Positions 24,245 through 32,000 of a DNA stretch of 32,000 nucleotides are shown one piece after another. The notes beneath the pieces are model-generated. The model did no database searches, had not been told where the DNA came from, and saw nothing but the letters and a program-made list of their open reading frames with translations. A program made the translations under genes and the position numbers. Within the stretch, counting starts at the first letter, position 1; every line of letters begins with the position of its first letter. Source of the DNA: Halomicrobium mukohataei DSM 12286 (GTDB lineage: Archaea > Halobacteriota > Halobacteria > Halobacteriales > Haloarculaceae); contig NC_013202.1 in assembly GCF_000023965.1 (NCBI RefSeq), forward strand, positions 1,890,001 to 1,922,000, read 5' to 3'.

Positions 24245-24955
24245 ATGCAGAGTCCCGAAGAGTGGACGGCGGCGGACGTACGCGAGTTGCACGACGACCT
24301 CGTCTCGCTGTACGAACCGGTCGCACAGACCGAGGCACACGGGGCCGACGCCGACGCGGAGCCGGGCGAGGGCGTCCGACAGCTCGTGACGACGATCCTC
24401 TCCCAGAACGTCGCCGACGAGAACACGCGCCGGGCCTCGGAGTCGCTGTTCGAAACCTACGAGGACTTCGCGGCAATCGAGGCGGCCGACCACGACGAGC
24501 TGGCCGAGACGATCCGCGTCGCCGGCCTCCCGGACCAGAAGGCGGCCCGTATCCAGCGTGCGCTGACCGCGATCCGCGAGGAGACCGGCGGGGCCTACTC
24601 GCTGGCCTTCCTCGACGCGCTGCCGACAGCGGAGGCGAAGGCGTGGCTCACCGACATCAAGGGCGTGGGTCCCAAGACCGCGAGCGTCGTGCTGAACTTC
24701 CACTTCGGGAAGCCGACGATGGCCGTCGACACGCACGTCGAGCGCGTGTCCAAGCGATTCGGACTCGTCCCGGAAGACGCGAGCAACGAGCGCGCCCACG
24801 ACGCCCTCGACGCGGTCGTGCCGGACGAACTCACGTATCCGCTGCACGTCCTGCTCATCCGCCACGGGCGCACGCACTGTTCGGCGCGGAACCCGGACTG
24901 TGACAACCCGGTCTGTGAGCGCTACTGCGACTGTGAGGGCTGTGGGAGCGACTGA
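24245..24955 (+). CDS. nth: Endonuclease III family DNA glycosylase/AP lyase
   Basis: ATG at 24245 within track ORF 23984-24955. HhH-GPD (LTDIKGVGPKTASVVL), AVDTHVERVSKR, and a C-terminal Cys cluster (CSARNPDCDNPVCERYC) for the FeS loop. Confidence 0.9.
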   Translation: MQSPEEWTAADVRELHDDLVSLYEPVAQTEAHGADADAEPGEGVRQLVTTILSQNVADENTRRASESLFETYEDFAAIEAADHDELAETIRVAGLPDQKAARIQRALTAIREETGGAYSLAFLDALPTAEAKAWLTDIKGVGPKTASVVLNFHFGKPTMAVDTHVERVSKRFGLVPEDASNERAHDALDAVVPDELTYPLHVLLIRHGRTHCSARNPDCDNPVCERYCDCEGCGSD

Positions 24956-25033
24956 CGGCTGGGAGCTTCTGACCGACGGGAACAGTGGTCGCCGTTTATG
25001 ATCCAGGGGCGAGTCTGTCCGAGTGGAAACACC

Positions 25034-25921
25034 ATGTACGACACCGTTCTGGTCCCGACCGACGGCAGCGACCACGCCGAACGGGCGGGGGCCCACGCCG
25101 CGTTCCTCGCGCGGGCGTTCGACGCGTCGATCCACCTCCTCAACGTCGTCGACCTCCAGGCGGCGGCCGGCCCGATGAACGCCGGTGGCGTCGACGAGGC
25201 CTACGTCGAGCGCCTCGAATCGGAAGGCGAGGCGACGATCGGGGCGCTCGAACCGATCTTCGAGGATGTCCCGGTCGAGACGGCCGTCGTCCGGGGACGG
25301 CCCAGCGAAGCGATCCTCGACTACGCCGCGGAACACGACGCGGATCTGCTGGCGATGGGGACCCACGGCCGGACTGGTCTCGAACGGTACATCGCCGGGA
25401 GCGTCGTCGAACACGTCGTCCGTCACGCGACCGTCCCGGTCCTGACGACTCGTGCGGTCGAGACCAGCACCGTCGACGACGGCTACGACGAGATCGTGAT
25501 CCCGACCGACGGGAGCGAGCCGTCGACGGCGGCGGTCGAGCACGGCCTCGCCATCGCCGAGCGGACCGACGCCCGAGTACACGCGATCAACGTCGTCAAC
25601 GTCGCGACGCTGTCCTCGGGCCCGGACCAGACCGCGCCCACGGAGCTGCTAGCGGAGTTCACTGCCCGCGGCGAGCGTGCTACCGAGGAGATCGCGACGG
25701 CCGCGGCCGATCGCGGGCTCGACGCCACGACGACGGTCCGCGAGGGATTCCCGGCCCGAGACATCCTCGACTACGTCGAAGCGAACGACGCCGATCTGGT
25801 CGCGATGGGGACGGCGGGGCGAAGCGGCCTGAACCGCTTCCTCCTTGGCAGCACCACCGAGCGCGTCATCCGCCACTCCCCGGTACCGGTCTGTGCGGTC
25901 AACGCTCGGGACGCGGAGTGA
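25034..25921 (+). CDS. Tandem universal stress protein (two UspA domains)
   Basis: ATG at 25034. Two repeats of the VLVPTDGS...(A)MGTHGRTGLERYIAGSV..H..VPVL pattern. Confidence 0.9.
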   Translation: MYDTVLVPTDGSDHAERAGAHAAFLARAFDASIHLLNVVDLQAAAGPMNAGGVDEAYVERLESEGEATIGALEPIFEDVPVETAVVRGRPSEAILDYAAEHDADLLAMGTHGRTGLERYIAGSVVEHVVRHATVPVLTTRAVETSTVDDGYDEIVIPTDGSEPSTAAVEHGLAIAERTDARVHAINVVNVATLSSGPDQTAPTELLAEFTARGERATEEIATAAADRGLDATTTVREGFPARDILDYVEANDADLVAMGTAGRSGLNRFLLGSTTERVIRHSPVPVCAVNARDAE

Positions 25922-25948
25922 GCACCGGCCGGCCCGCCCGGGACTCGA

Positions 25949-26992
25949 TCACAGGGCGTAGGCGAGCCGTTCGCCCACGTCGAGGCCGTTGCGAAGCGCC
26001 GCGTGGAGGCGGGCCTCTCCGGCGACCCAGTCGCCGACCGGATAGAGTCCGTGCTCGTTGGCCGAGGCGACCGGGCCGGACTGGACGCCCGCGTCCGGGA
26101 GCGCGTAGCGCCACCCCTGGTGGTCGGTCCAGTCCGGCTCGGTGAGCCGGTCGTCGCCGACGACGGCCGCGGTCAGTTCGGCTAGCTCGGCGACGTTGTC
26201 GGCGGGATCGCCGTCGTAGTTGTCGACCGACCACCCCGGGCTCGCCTGGACGACGAGCAGACTCTCCCCGTCTGGGACGTGGCCGCGCTTGCACTCCTCG
26301 CGAGCGATCCAGCCCACGTCGTGGTCGTCGTCGGTGTTGATGAGCGCGTAGTAGGGGCGGTCGAGTTCGAACTCGTAGTGGAGCACGGCCGTCCAGATCG
26401 TCCGGTAGGGCACGTCCGTCGCGGCCGCGGCCAGCCGTTCACGCACGGGATGCTCCCACTCCGCGCCGTCGAGCAGCGCCGCGGTCTGGGGTGCCGGCGG
26501 ATTCAGCGCCAGTGCGTCGAAGGGACCCCACTGCCGGCCGTCGGTGTCAGTCAGCTCCCACTGGTCGGTCTCCGGGAGCCGGCGAACGGCCTCGACCCGC
26601 GTCCGGCGGTGGACGGTCGCGTCGGTCTCGGAAAACAGTCGCTTCGCGATCTGGGTGAGGCCCGACTCGTAGCTCCACCTGTGTTCGTCGGTGTCTCGTC
26701 CCTCGGAGACCGTTCCGTCCCCGTCGAAGGTGTAGATCGGCTCGGTCACGTCGACCCGTCCCGCCTCGCCCAGCGTCTCGCGGACGAGGTCCGCGACGCG
26801 CTCGTCGTCGGACTTCAGGTAGTTCGCGCCGTAGTCGTAGGTCAGCGAGCCGTGCCGCCGGGTCGCGGCCCGCCCGCAGACGCCGCCGGACTTTTCGAGG
26901 ACCGTCAGATCTGCCGACGGGTGGGAGCCGTCGACCACGTAGCTGAGTGCCGCTGCGCCAGCGCCCGCGCCGACCACGCCAACGTCGACCAT
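25949..26992 (-). CDS. NAD/FAD-dependent oxidoreductase (renalase/amine-oxidase-like)
   Basis: 347 aa with N-terminal VGVVGAGAGAAALSY..VLEKSGGVCGR..YDYGANYL and C-terminal GDWVAG, as in flavin amine-oxidase-like enzymes. Confidence 0.8.
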   Translation of the reverse strand: MVDVGVVGAGAGAAALSYVVDGSHPSADLTVLEKSGGVCGRAATRRHGSLTYDYGANYLKSDDERVADLVRETLGEAGRVDVTEPIYTFDGDGTVSEGRDTDEHRWSYESGLTQIAKRLFSETDATVHRRTRVEAVRRLPETDQWELTDTDGRQWGPFDALALNPPAPQTAALLDGAEWEHPVRERLAAAATDVPYRTIWTAVLHYEFELDRPYYALINTDDDHDVGWIAREECKRGHVPDGESLLVVQASPGWSVDNYDGDPADNVAELAELTAAVVGDDRLTEPDWTDHQGWRYALPDAGVQSGPVASANEHGLYPVGDWVAGEARLHAALRNGLDVGERLAYAL

Positions 26993-27103
26993 ACGGGTAG
27001 AAGGGCCACCAGGCAGATAAAACGGCGACCAACACAGTTGGATCGGTCGCGTTCGCGGCGGCGTCGCGACGCCCGATCCGTCCGAAACGGTGGTAGGAAC
27101 GGC

Positions 27104-28387
27104 TTACTCGCGCACGAACAGCCGCTGTACGGCGGTGACGAGGCGGGCGGCGGGGCCAGAGTCGCCGAGGTCGTCCGCGCTCGCGTCACCCGTCACCTGC
27201 TCGACCGTGTTGCGAACGTCGCGGACGAACGGGCCGGGATCGTCGGTCGAGAGGTAGTCGAAGCGGGGATGCCCGAGCAGCGACGCCGCGATCTCCCCGG
27301 CACGGACCGGGAACGAGGGGCGTTCGACCAGCGGGTACTCCTCGGTCAGGACGCTGTGGAGGTGCAGCGCTTCGCCCCGGAGGAGGTGTCCCCCGATCCC
27401 GACCTCGTAGTCGGGTGCGCCGTCGATGGGGCGATCCGTCGCCTGCGCCCAGGCGAGCAGGGGGAAGTCGACGCCGGCCTGGACCGTGAAGGGCAGCGAC
27501 GACCAGAACCGGGGGTTGATCTCCATCAGCTTGAACGCCCCCGTGCGCGGGTCTCGCAGGAACTCCACCATGGCGACGCCGTGCCAGTCGAGTTCGTCCA
27601 GCAGCGCCCGCCCGGCCCGCTCCAGGGCCGGGATGTCGACGGACTCGCGGAACGCGCTCGGGCCGCCACAGTACTTCCAGCCGCGACGCTGGCGGTGCTG
27701 AAACGTCGCGACCGGGCTGCCGTGGTCGTACTGGGCGAAGAAGCCGTACTCCTCGATCGTCGGGACGTACTCCTGGACGAGGGGTACGTGGCCCATCTCC
27801 TCGACGATCGCCTCGCCGTCGGGTCGCTCGCCCGGTTCGAGGTACGCGGTCGAACTCCACTGGGTCTCGGGGTCCTCGAAGCGGTCGGCGTACTCCGGTG
27901 CGCGGAAGGTGTAGCGGGGCTTGACGATGCACTCTGCCTCCCAGTCGGTCCACTCCGAGAGCGTCCGGGTCCGGGGCGTGGCGACGCCGGCCCGGTCGGC
28001 GGCCTCGAACAGCGCCACCCGATCTTGCACCCGTCGCAGGGTCGCAAGCGTCGGCCACGGCGTTCCGACGTGCTCGCGAAACTGGTCGCGGTTGCGCGCC
28101 AGGGCGTACACGTCCGGTTCGCGAAAGGGGAGGATCGTCGCCACGTCGTCGCGCCGGGCCAGTTCCAGCAGCGCCGTCTCGTAGCCCGGAAAGTCCACCG
28201 CCGGATCGGGGACGCTGACCGATTCCTCGCAGTACGCCGACTCGGCGGCCGGTGGGGTGTCGTGCTCGGAGGCGACGATCGCCGGGATCGATCGGCGACC
28301 GAGCGACCGGACCGCCGCGGTGCTACTCGCCGTGTCGATTCCGGGCACGACCACGCCCTCCCGGCGACCGTCTCGCGTGCCAGCCAT
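27104..28387 (-). CDS. ATP-grasp superfamily carboxylate-amine ligase-like protein
   Basis: ATG at 28387 (MAGTRDGRREGVVVPG) within track ORF 27104-28621. ATP-grasp core CIVKPR..., LVQEYVP, GVAMVEFLRDPRTGAFKLMEINPRFW. Confidence 0.8.
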   Translation of the reverse strand: MAGTRDGRREGVVVPGIDTASSTAAVRSLGRRSIPAIVASEHDTPPAAESAYCEESVSVPDPAVDFPGYETALLELARRDDVATILPFREPDVYALARNRDQFREHVGTPWPTLATLRRVQDRVALFEAADRAGVATPRTRTLSEWTDWEAECIVKPRYTFRAPEYADRFEDPETQWSSTAYLEPGERPDGEAIVEEMGHVPLVQEYVPTIEEYGFFAQYDHGSPVATFQHRQRRGWKYCGGPSAFRESVDIPALERAGRALLDELDWHGVAMVEFLRDPRTGAFKLMEINPRFWSSLPFTVQAGVDFPLLAWAQATDRPIDGAPDYEVGIGGHLLRGEALHLHSVLTEEYPLVERPSFPVRAGEIAASLLGHPRFDYLSTDDPGPFVRDVRNTVEQVTGDASADDLGDSGPAARLVTAVQRLFVRE

Positions 28388-28706
28388 ACCCCTTCCATGG
28401 GCGGACTGCGGTTTTGTTACGGAGTTCCTGTCGACGCGCCCGAACCGGGGCGACGAGCGACGGCGGCGACGGCCGGCGGGACACGCCAGCAGCGGCGAGT
28501 AACTCCGTCCTACGGCAGCCGTAAGCTCGTCGTACGCGGTCACCGGCGGGTCCGCGTGCGAGCGTTGCGCCGCCTTCGAAACGGTCGTTCTCTCCGATAG
28601 TTGCAACCAACCCGTACGCAACCGCCGCTATCCCGGTCGTATCTGGCGGTTATCGGTGCCCCAGACCGTCAGAACGCTTAGGTGTGTAATCACTCGCTAC
28701 TCGTAC

Positions 28707-30659
28707 ATGGCTGATGAACAGTCTGACCGTACCGACAGTAAGACGACGCTACTGGGCCGCCGCGACGCGCTGAAAGTGCTCGGGGGCACCGCGCTCGTCG
28801 GGATGGGCGTCGGGTCCGCGACCGGACAGAGCGAGACCGAGTCGTTCGTCATCGACGCCAGCGAGGCGACGTGGAGCTACGTCATCGAGACGACCGGCGA
28901 CGTGACGCGCGTCCCGACCGACGGCGACGTCGACGACAGCATCTCCGACGGGACGATCCAGGGCACCGTCTCCTCGGGCCTCGCCGCCTACGAGCTGACG
29001 GGCGACGTGACGGCGCTGACGATGGACGGCCCGTCGACGTTCTCCTTCGGACCCGACGCCGGGGGGCAGCTCCGAGAGCGCCACGAGATCGCGATCTCCT
29101 CGCCGACGGAAGTCGCCTACGAGCTGACGACCACCGGCGAGATCACGAAGCTCACGGACGTGGGTAAACTGTCCGCCGAGACCGAGAACGACGTGATCAC
29201 CCAGAACGACGACGGCACGTACACCGTCGAAGGCTACACGGGCAACGGCTACGGCGACTCCTACGAGTTCCCGGGCAGCGTCGTCGCCTTCTCACCGAAA
29301 GACGCCGACGCGAACGTCACGCTCGACGGGGACTCGATCTCCCCCTACGACCTCGTCGGCGAGGACGAGCCAAGCCAGACGCTGGCGGTCGTCTCACAGA
29401 CGGAGGTTTCCTACGAGTTCACCGTCGACGGCTCCGTCGAGAAGGTCCTCGACGCCGGCCGGAACTCCGCCGAGACCGAGAACGACGTGATCGCCGAGAA
29501 CGACGACGGCACGTACGCCGTCGCGGGCTACACGGGCAACGGCTACGGCGACTCCTACGAGATCACGGGCGAGGTGAGCGACTTCGCCCCGGTCGAGGGC
29601 GACTACACGCTGTACCTGGACGGTGACCAGATCGCGCTCTCGGAGCTGACCGGTCAGGAGTCGACGGACGACTCGACGGACTCGACCGATGACGGCGACT
29701 CGGACGACTCGACGGCGTCGACGAGTCCGGTGATCGGCGGCGGCGACGGCTACGCGGACGCCGTCGAGCCGGCGCAGGCGACCGTCACCGTCGACTCGGT
29801 GTCCGAGCTGGTCGACGCGCTGGGTAGTGCCACCAGTGGCGACGTGGTCTACGTCGACGGGAGCGCCGAACTCGACCTCGGTTCGCGGGACATCACCGTC
29901 CCGGCCGGCGTCACGCTGGCGAGTGACCGGGGCGTCGACGGGGCTGCCGGTGGCCACCTCTACACCACGTCGGTCATGTGGCCGCTGGTCTACGTCTCCG
30001 GGGGCGCTCGCGTCACCGGACTGCGCGTCAGCGGCCCGAGCTACTCCTACCGCGAGTACGACGCCGACGCGGTCGACATGGGACTGCGGGTCACTGGCAG
30101 CGGCGTCGAGATCGACAACAACGAGATCTGGGGGTTCACCCACGCGGCGGTCCGACCGGCCGGCGACACGCACGTCCACCACAACCACATCCACCACAAC
30201 CCGATGGACGGCCTGGGTTACGGGGTCAGCACCACGTCGGGCCAGCCGCTCATCGAGTACAACGAGTTCAACTACAACCGCCACAGCATCGCCAGCGGCG
30301 GCGGCAACGGCTACGTCGCCCGATACAACTACTTCGGCTCCGCGGCCGTCGACCACGTGATGGACATGCACCGACCCGGCGGTACGACCATCGAGATCCA
30401 CCACAACACCGTCGAGGCCGTCACACACGTTCAGGACAGCGGCCGCACGGAAGCCGTCGCGATCCGGGGGACGCCCAGTGACGTGGCCGACATCCACGGC
30501 AACTGGTTCTACAACCCCAACGAACCGAAGCCGACGCCCGAGGGCTGGGACGGGAGCGCGATCACACAGGTCCACACCAGCGACTGGCAGAACGTCGAGT
30601 TCTGGAACAACCACTACGGCAGCGACGAGCCGGCACCGGACATCGGCTGTCCGCGGTAG
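28707..30659 (+). CDS. Tat-exported protein: three copies of an unknown ~95-aa domain, an acidic Ser/Thr/Asp linker, and a right-handed parallel beta-helix domain
   Basis: ATG at 28707. Twin-arginine signal LLGRRDALKVLGGTALVGMGVGSA. Repeats contain AETENDVI.(Q/E)NDDGTY.V.GYTGNGYGDSYE. Linker QESTDDSTDSTDDGDSDDST. PbH1-like repeats (IDNNEIWGF, HHNHIHHNPMDG, IEYNEFNYNRH). Confidence 0.85.
   Translation: MADEQSDRTDSKTTLLGRRDALKVLGGTALVGMGVGSATGQSETESFVIDASEATWSYVIETTGDVTRVPTDGDVDDSISDGTIQGTVSSGLAAYELTGDVTALTMDGPSTFSFGPDAGGQLRERHEIAISSPTEVAYELTTTGEITKLTDVGKLSAETENDVITQNDDGTYTVEGYTGNGYGDSYEFPGSVVAFSPKDADANVTLDGDSISPYDLVGEDEPSQTLAVVSQTEVSYEFTVDGSVEKVLDAGRNSAETENDVIAENDDGTYAVAGYTGNGYGDSYEITGEVSDFAPVEGDYTLYLDGDQIALSELTGQESTDDSTDSTDDGDSDDSTASTSPVIGGGDGYADAVEPAQATVTVDSVSELVDALGSATSGDVVYVDGSAELDLGSRDITVPAGVTLASDRGVDGAAGGHLYTTSVMWPLVYVSGGARVTGLRVSGPSYSYREYDADAVDMGLRVTGSGVEIDNNEIWGFTHAAVRPAGDTHVHHNHIHHNPMDGLGYGVSTTSGQPLIEYNEFNYNRHSIASGGGNGYVARYNYFGSAAVDHVMDMHRPGGTTIEIHHNTVEAVTHVQDSGRTEAVAIRGTPSDVADIHGNWFYNPNEPKPTPEGWDGSAITQVHTSDWQNVEFWNNHYGSDEPAPDIGCPR
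29173..29267 (+). repeat. Intragenic DNA repeat, copy 1
   Basis: 95 nt matching 29467-29561 with 5 mismatches by hand alignment. The period is 294 nt. Confidence 0.85.
29467..29561 (+). repeat. Intragenic DNA repeat, copy 2
   Basis: See copy 1. It encodes AETENDVIAENDDGTYAVAGYTGNGYGDSYE. Confidence 0.85.
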
Positions 30660-30764
30660 CGAGGGGTTCGTTTCGCGCTGGCGGTTCTCGTCTCGGGGGC
30701 AGGCGGGGGACACCCAGTCGAACCGGTACTCGCCACTTACCCGTTCGTAAGAGCTGCCATTACA

Positions 30765-32000
30765 ATGACGACGGGGGGTCACGCTTCGCCTGTGTCACGA
30801 GATTCGCAGCCCCGCCGCTCTCGCCGTGCCTTCCTCGCGCTCACAGCGGCAGCCGTCGGCTCGCTCGCCGGCTGTCCGGGTGGTGGTCCGGAGACTGAGA
30901 CGCCGGTGCCGCCCGACGACGGGACCCGGACGCCGGGGGAGACGACGGAGACGCCGGTCCAGACGACCGAGAGACAGTCCCGGTTCGACGAGGTGATCGA
31001 CATCACCGAGGTCGGCGGTGCGGCCGACGGCTCGGAACCGATCACCGATCTGCTGGCCGAACACGCGGCCGACGATACGCTGATCGAGTTCCCGGCCGGG
31101 ACCTACGCGGTCGATCACCTCTCGCTGACCGGGCTCCGCAACGTCGGACTCCGTGCGGTCGACGGGGCCGACGTGTCGTTCGTTCCGACTGCTCCCGCCA
31201 GCGAGCTGGGCACGACGCTCCTGCGACTGGTCGATCTCAAGCGGTTCCTCTTCGAGGGGATCGATCTCGACTTCCGAGCCGAGGGGGACGGCGGCATGAT
31301 GTACGTACTGGGGACCGACGACTTCGCCGTCCGCGATGTCACGGTCAGGGGCCAGTATCCGCCCGACGTGTCCGGGTTCCGGTTCGAGGCGGTCACGCCA
31401 GACAGTACCGCCCTCGTCGAGAACGTCCGTCTCTCCGGTGGCTCGACCGACGATTCGGACTCCGTCGGAATCTACGTCGGCCACAACCACGCCGGGACCC
31501 TGACCGTCCGGGACTGCGTGGTGGAGAACTTCCCGAACAACGGGATCTACGCGTCGTCGCCGGGCCGCCAGGACGGTCTCTCGGGATCGAACGGACCCGT
31601 CCACGTCCGGGGCGGGCGCTACCGGAACAACAACATCGCCAACGTCAGGCTCGGCTCGACCGGTTCGTCGGTCAAGCGCGCGACCGTCGTCGTCGACGAG
31701 GTCCCGCCGCGTCACACCAACGGGCTCGATCCCCGCGGGATCAGGATGCGGGCCCGCGAAGGCCAGGTCGTCGAGGACTGCGAGGTCCGCATCGAGGGGC
31801 AGGTTCCGACGAGCTCCGGCGGGATCGTGCTCCACTCGGAGGCGGGCCGGGCGACGATCAGAGACTCGACGGTGACCGTCGACACCGACGGCGTCCCGGC
31901 GATCAACGCCCTCCGTCCCGCCGACAGCCAGCGAGGGCCGGTCGTCGAGAACGTCACCATCAGCGGCCGCGCGGCGACGGAACACGCGATCGACATCACC
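30765..32000 (+). CDS. Tat-lipoprotein with a right-handed beta-helix (pectin-lyase-fold) domain; 3' end outside the window
   Basis: Not in the ORF track because it has no stop in-window. ATG at 30765, with 412 codons open to the window end. Signal SRRAFLALTAAAVGSLAGC (twin-Arg plus LAGC lipobox), Thr/Pro/Glu linker, PbH1-like repeats (VENFPNNGIYASS, YRNNNIANVRLGS). Confidence 0.8.
   Translation, partial: MTTGGHASPVSRDSQPRRSRRAFLALTAAAVGSLAGCPGGGPETETPVPPDDGTRTPGETTETPVQTTERQSRFDEVIDITEVGGAADGSEPITDLLAEHAADDTLIEFPAGTYAVDHLSLTGLRNVGLRAVDGADVSFVPTAPASELGTTLLRLVDLKRFLFEGIDLDFRAEGDGGMMYVLGTDDFAVRDVTVRGQYPPDVSGFRFEAVTPDSTALVENVRLSGGSTDDSDSVGIYVGHNHAGTLTVRDCVVENFPNNGIYASSPGRQDGLSGSNGPVHVRGGRYRNNNIANVRLGSTGSSVKRATVVVDEVPPRHTNGLDPRGIRMRAREGQVVEDCEVRIEGQVPTSSGGIVLHSEAGRATIRDSTVTVDTDGVPAINALRPADSQRGPVVENVTISGRAATEHAIDIT

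Noticed and set aside
24134-31985. Long opposite-strand ORFs 24134-25582(-), 26279-28600(+), 29394-30782(-) and 30795-31985(-)
   Set aside because: Each mirrors a motif-bearing gene (Nth/Usp, FAD oxidoreductase/ATP-grasp, the two beta-helix proteins). The 30795-31985 ORF in particular is the shadow of the plus-strand Tat-lipoprotein gene missing from the track.

Overview
This looks like a haloarchaeal chromosomal segment. It is very GC-rich with G/C-dominated third codon positions, the predicted proteins are strongly acidic, and promoters are TATA-box/leaderless. It carries TFB, GatC-GatA, the RNase P Rpp21 subunit and an archaeal 7S/SRP RNA. I call about 38 protein genes, one tRNA-Arg(UCG) and one SRP RNA. 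Neither RNA is visible in the ORF track, and one CDS running off the 3' end is also missing from it. Most genes are housekeeping: a NirJ/AhbCD-like radical SAM, TFB, GatCA, an M48 protease, MscS, Nth, tandem Usp and others. Five stretches deviate from this. (1) The tRNA-Arg locus at 17.6-19.6 kb: the tRNA 3' end plus 105 nt is duplicated 1.8 kb downstream, further tRNA-3'-end copies and a second repeat family are nested inside, and the bracketed segment holds a single lower-GC fic gene but no integrase. (2) An exact 48-bp duplication plus a 28-bp third copy of the gatA 3' end. (3) A long imperfect hairpin at 16.25 kb whose core motif recurs in the tRNA-linked repeats. (4) At the 3' end, a locus of two adjacent Tat-exported beta-helix proteins, one with an internally repeated unknown domain, diverging from an ATP-grasp ligase and an FAD oxidoreductase. 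(5) A radical SAM / low-GC methyltransferase / PHP / truncated AsnB-like neighbourhood at the 5' end. I saw no CRISPR array, transposase or integrase. Most long opposite-strand ORFs in the track are GC shadow ORFs. All calls come from motifs read by eye and hand alignments. No database search or computation was run.
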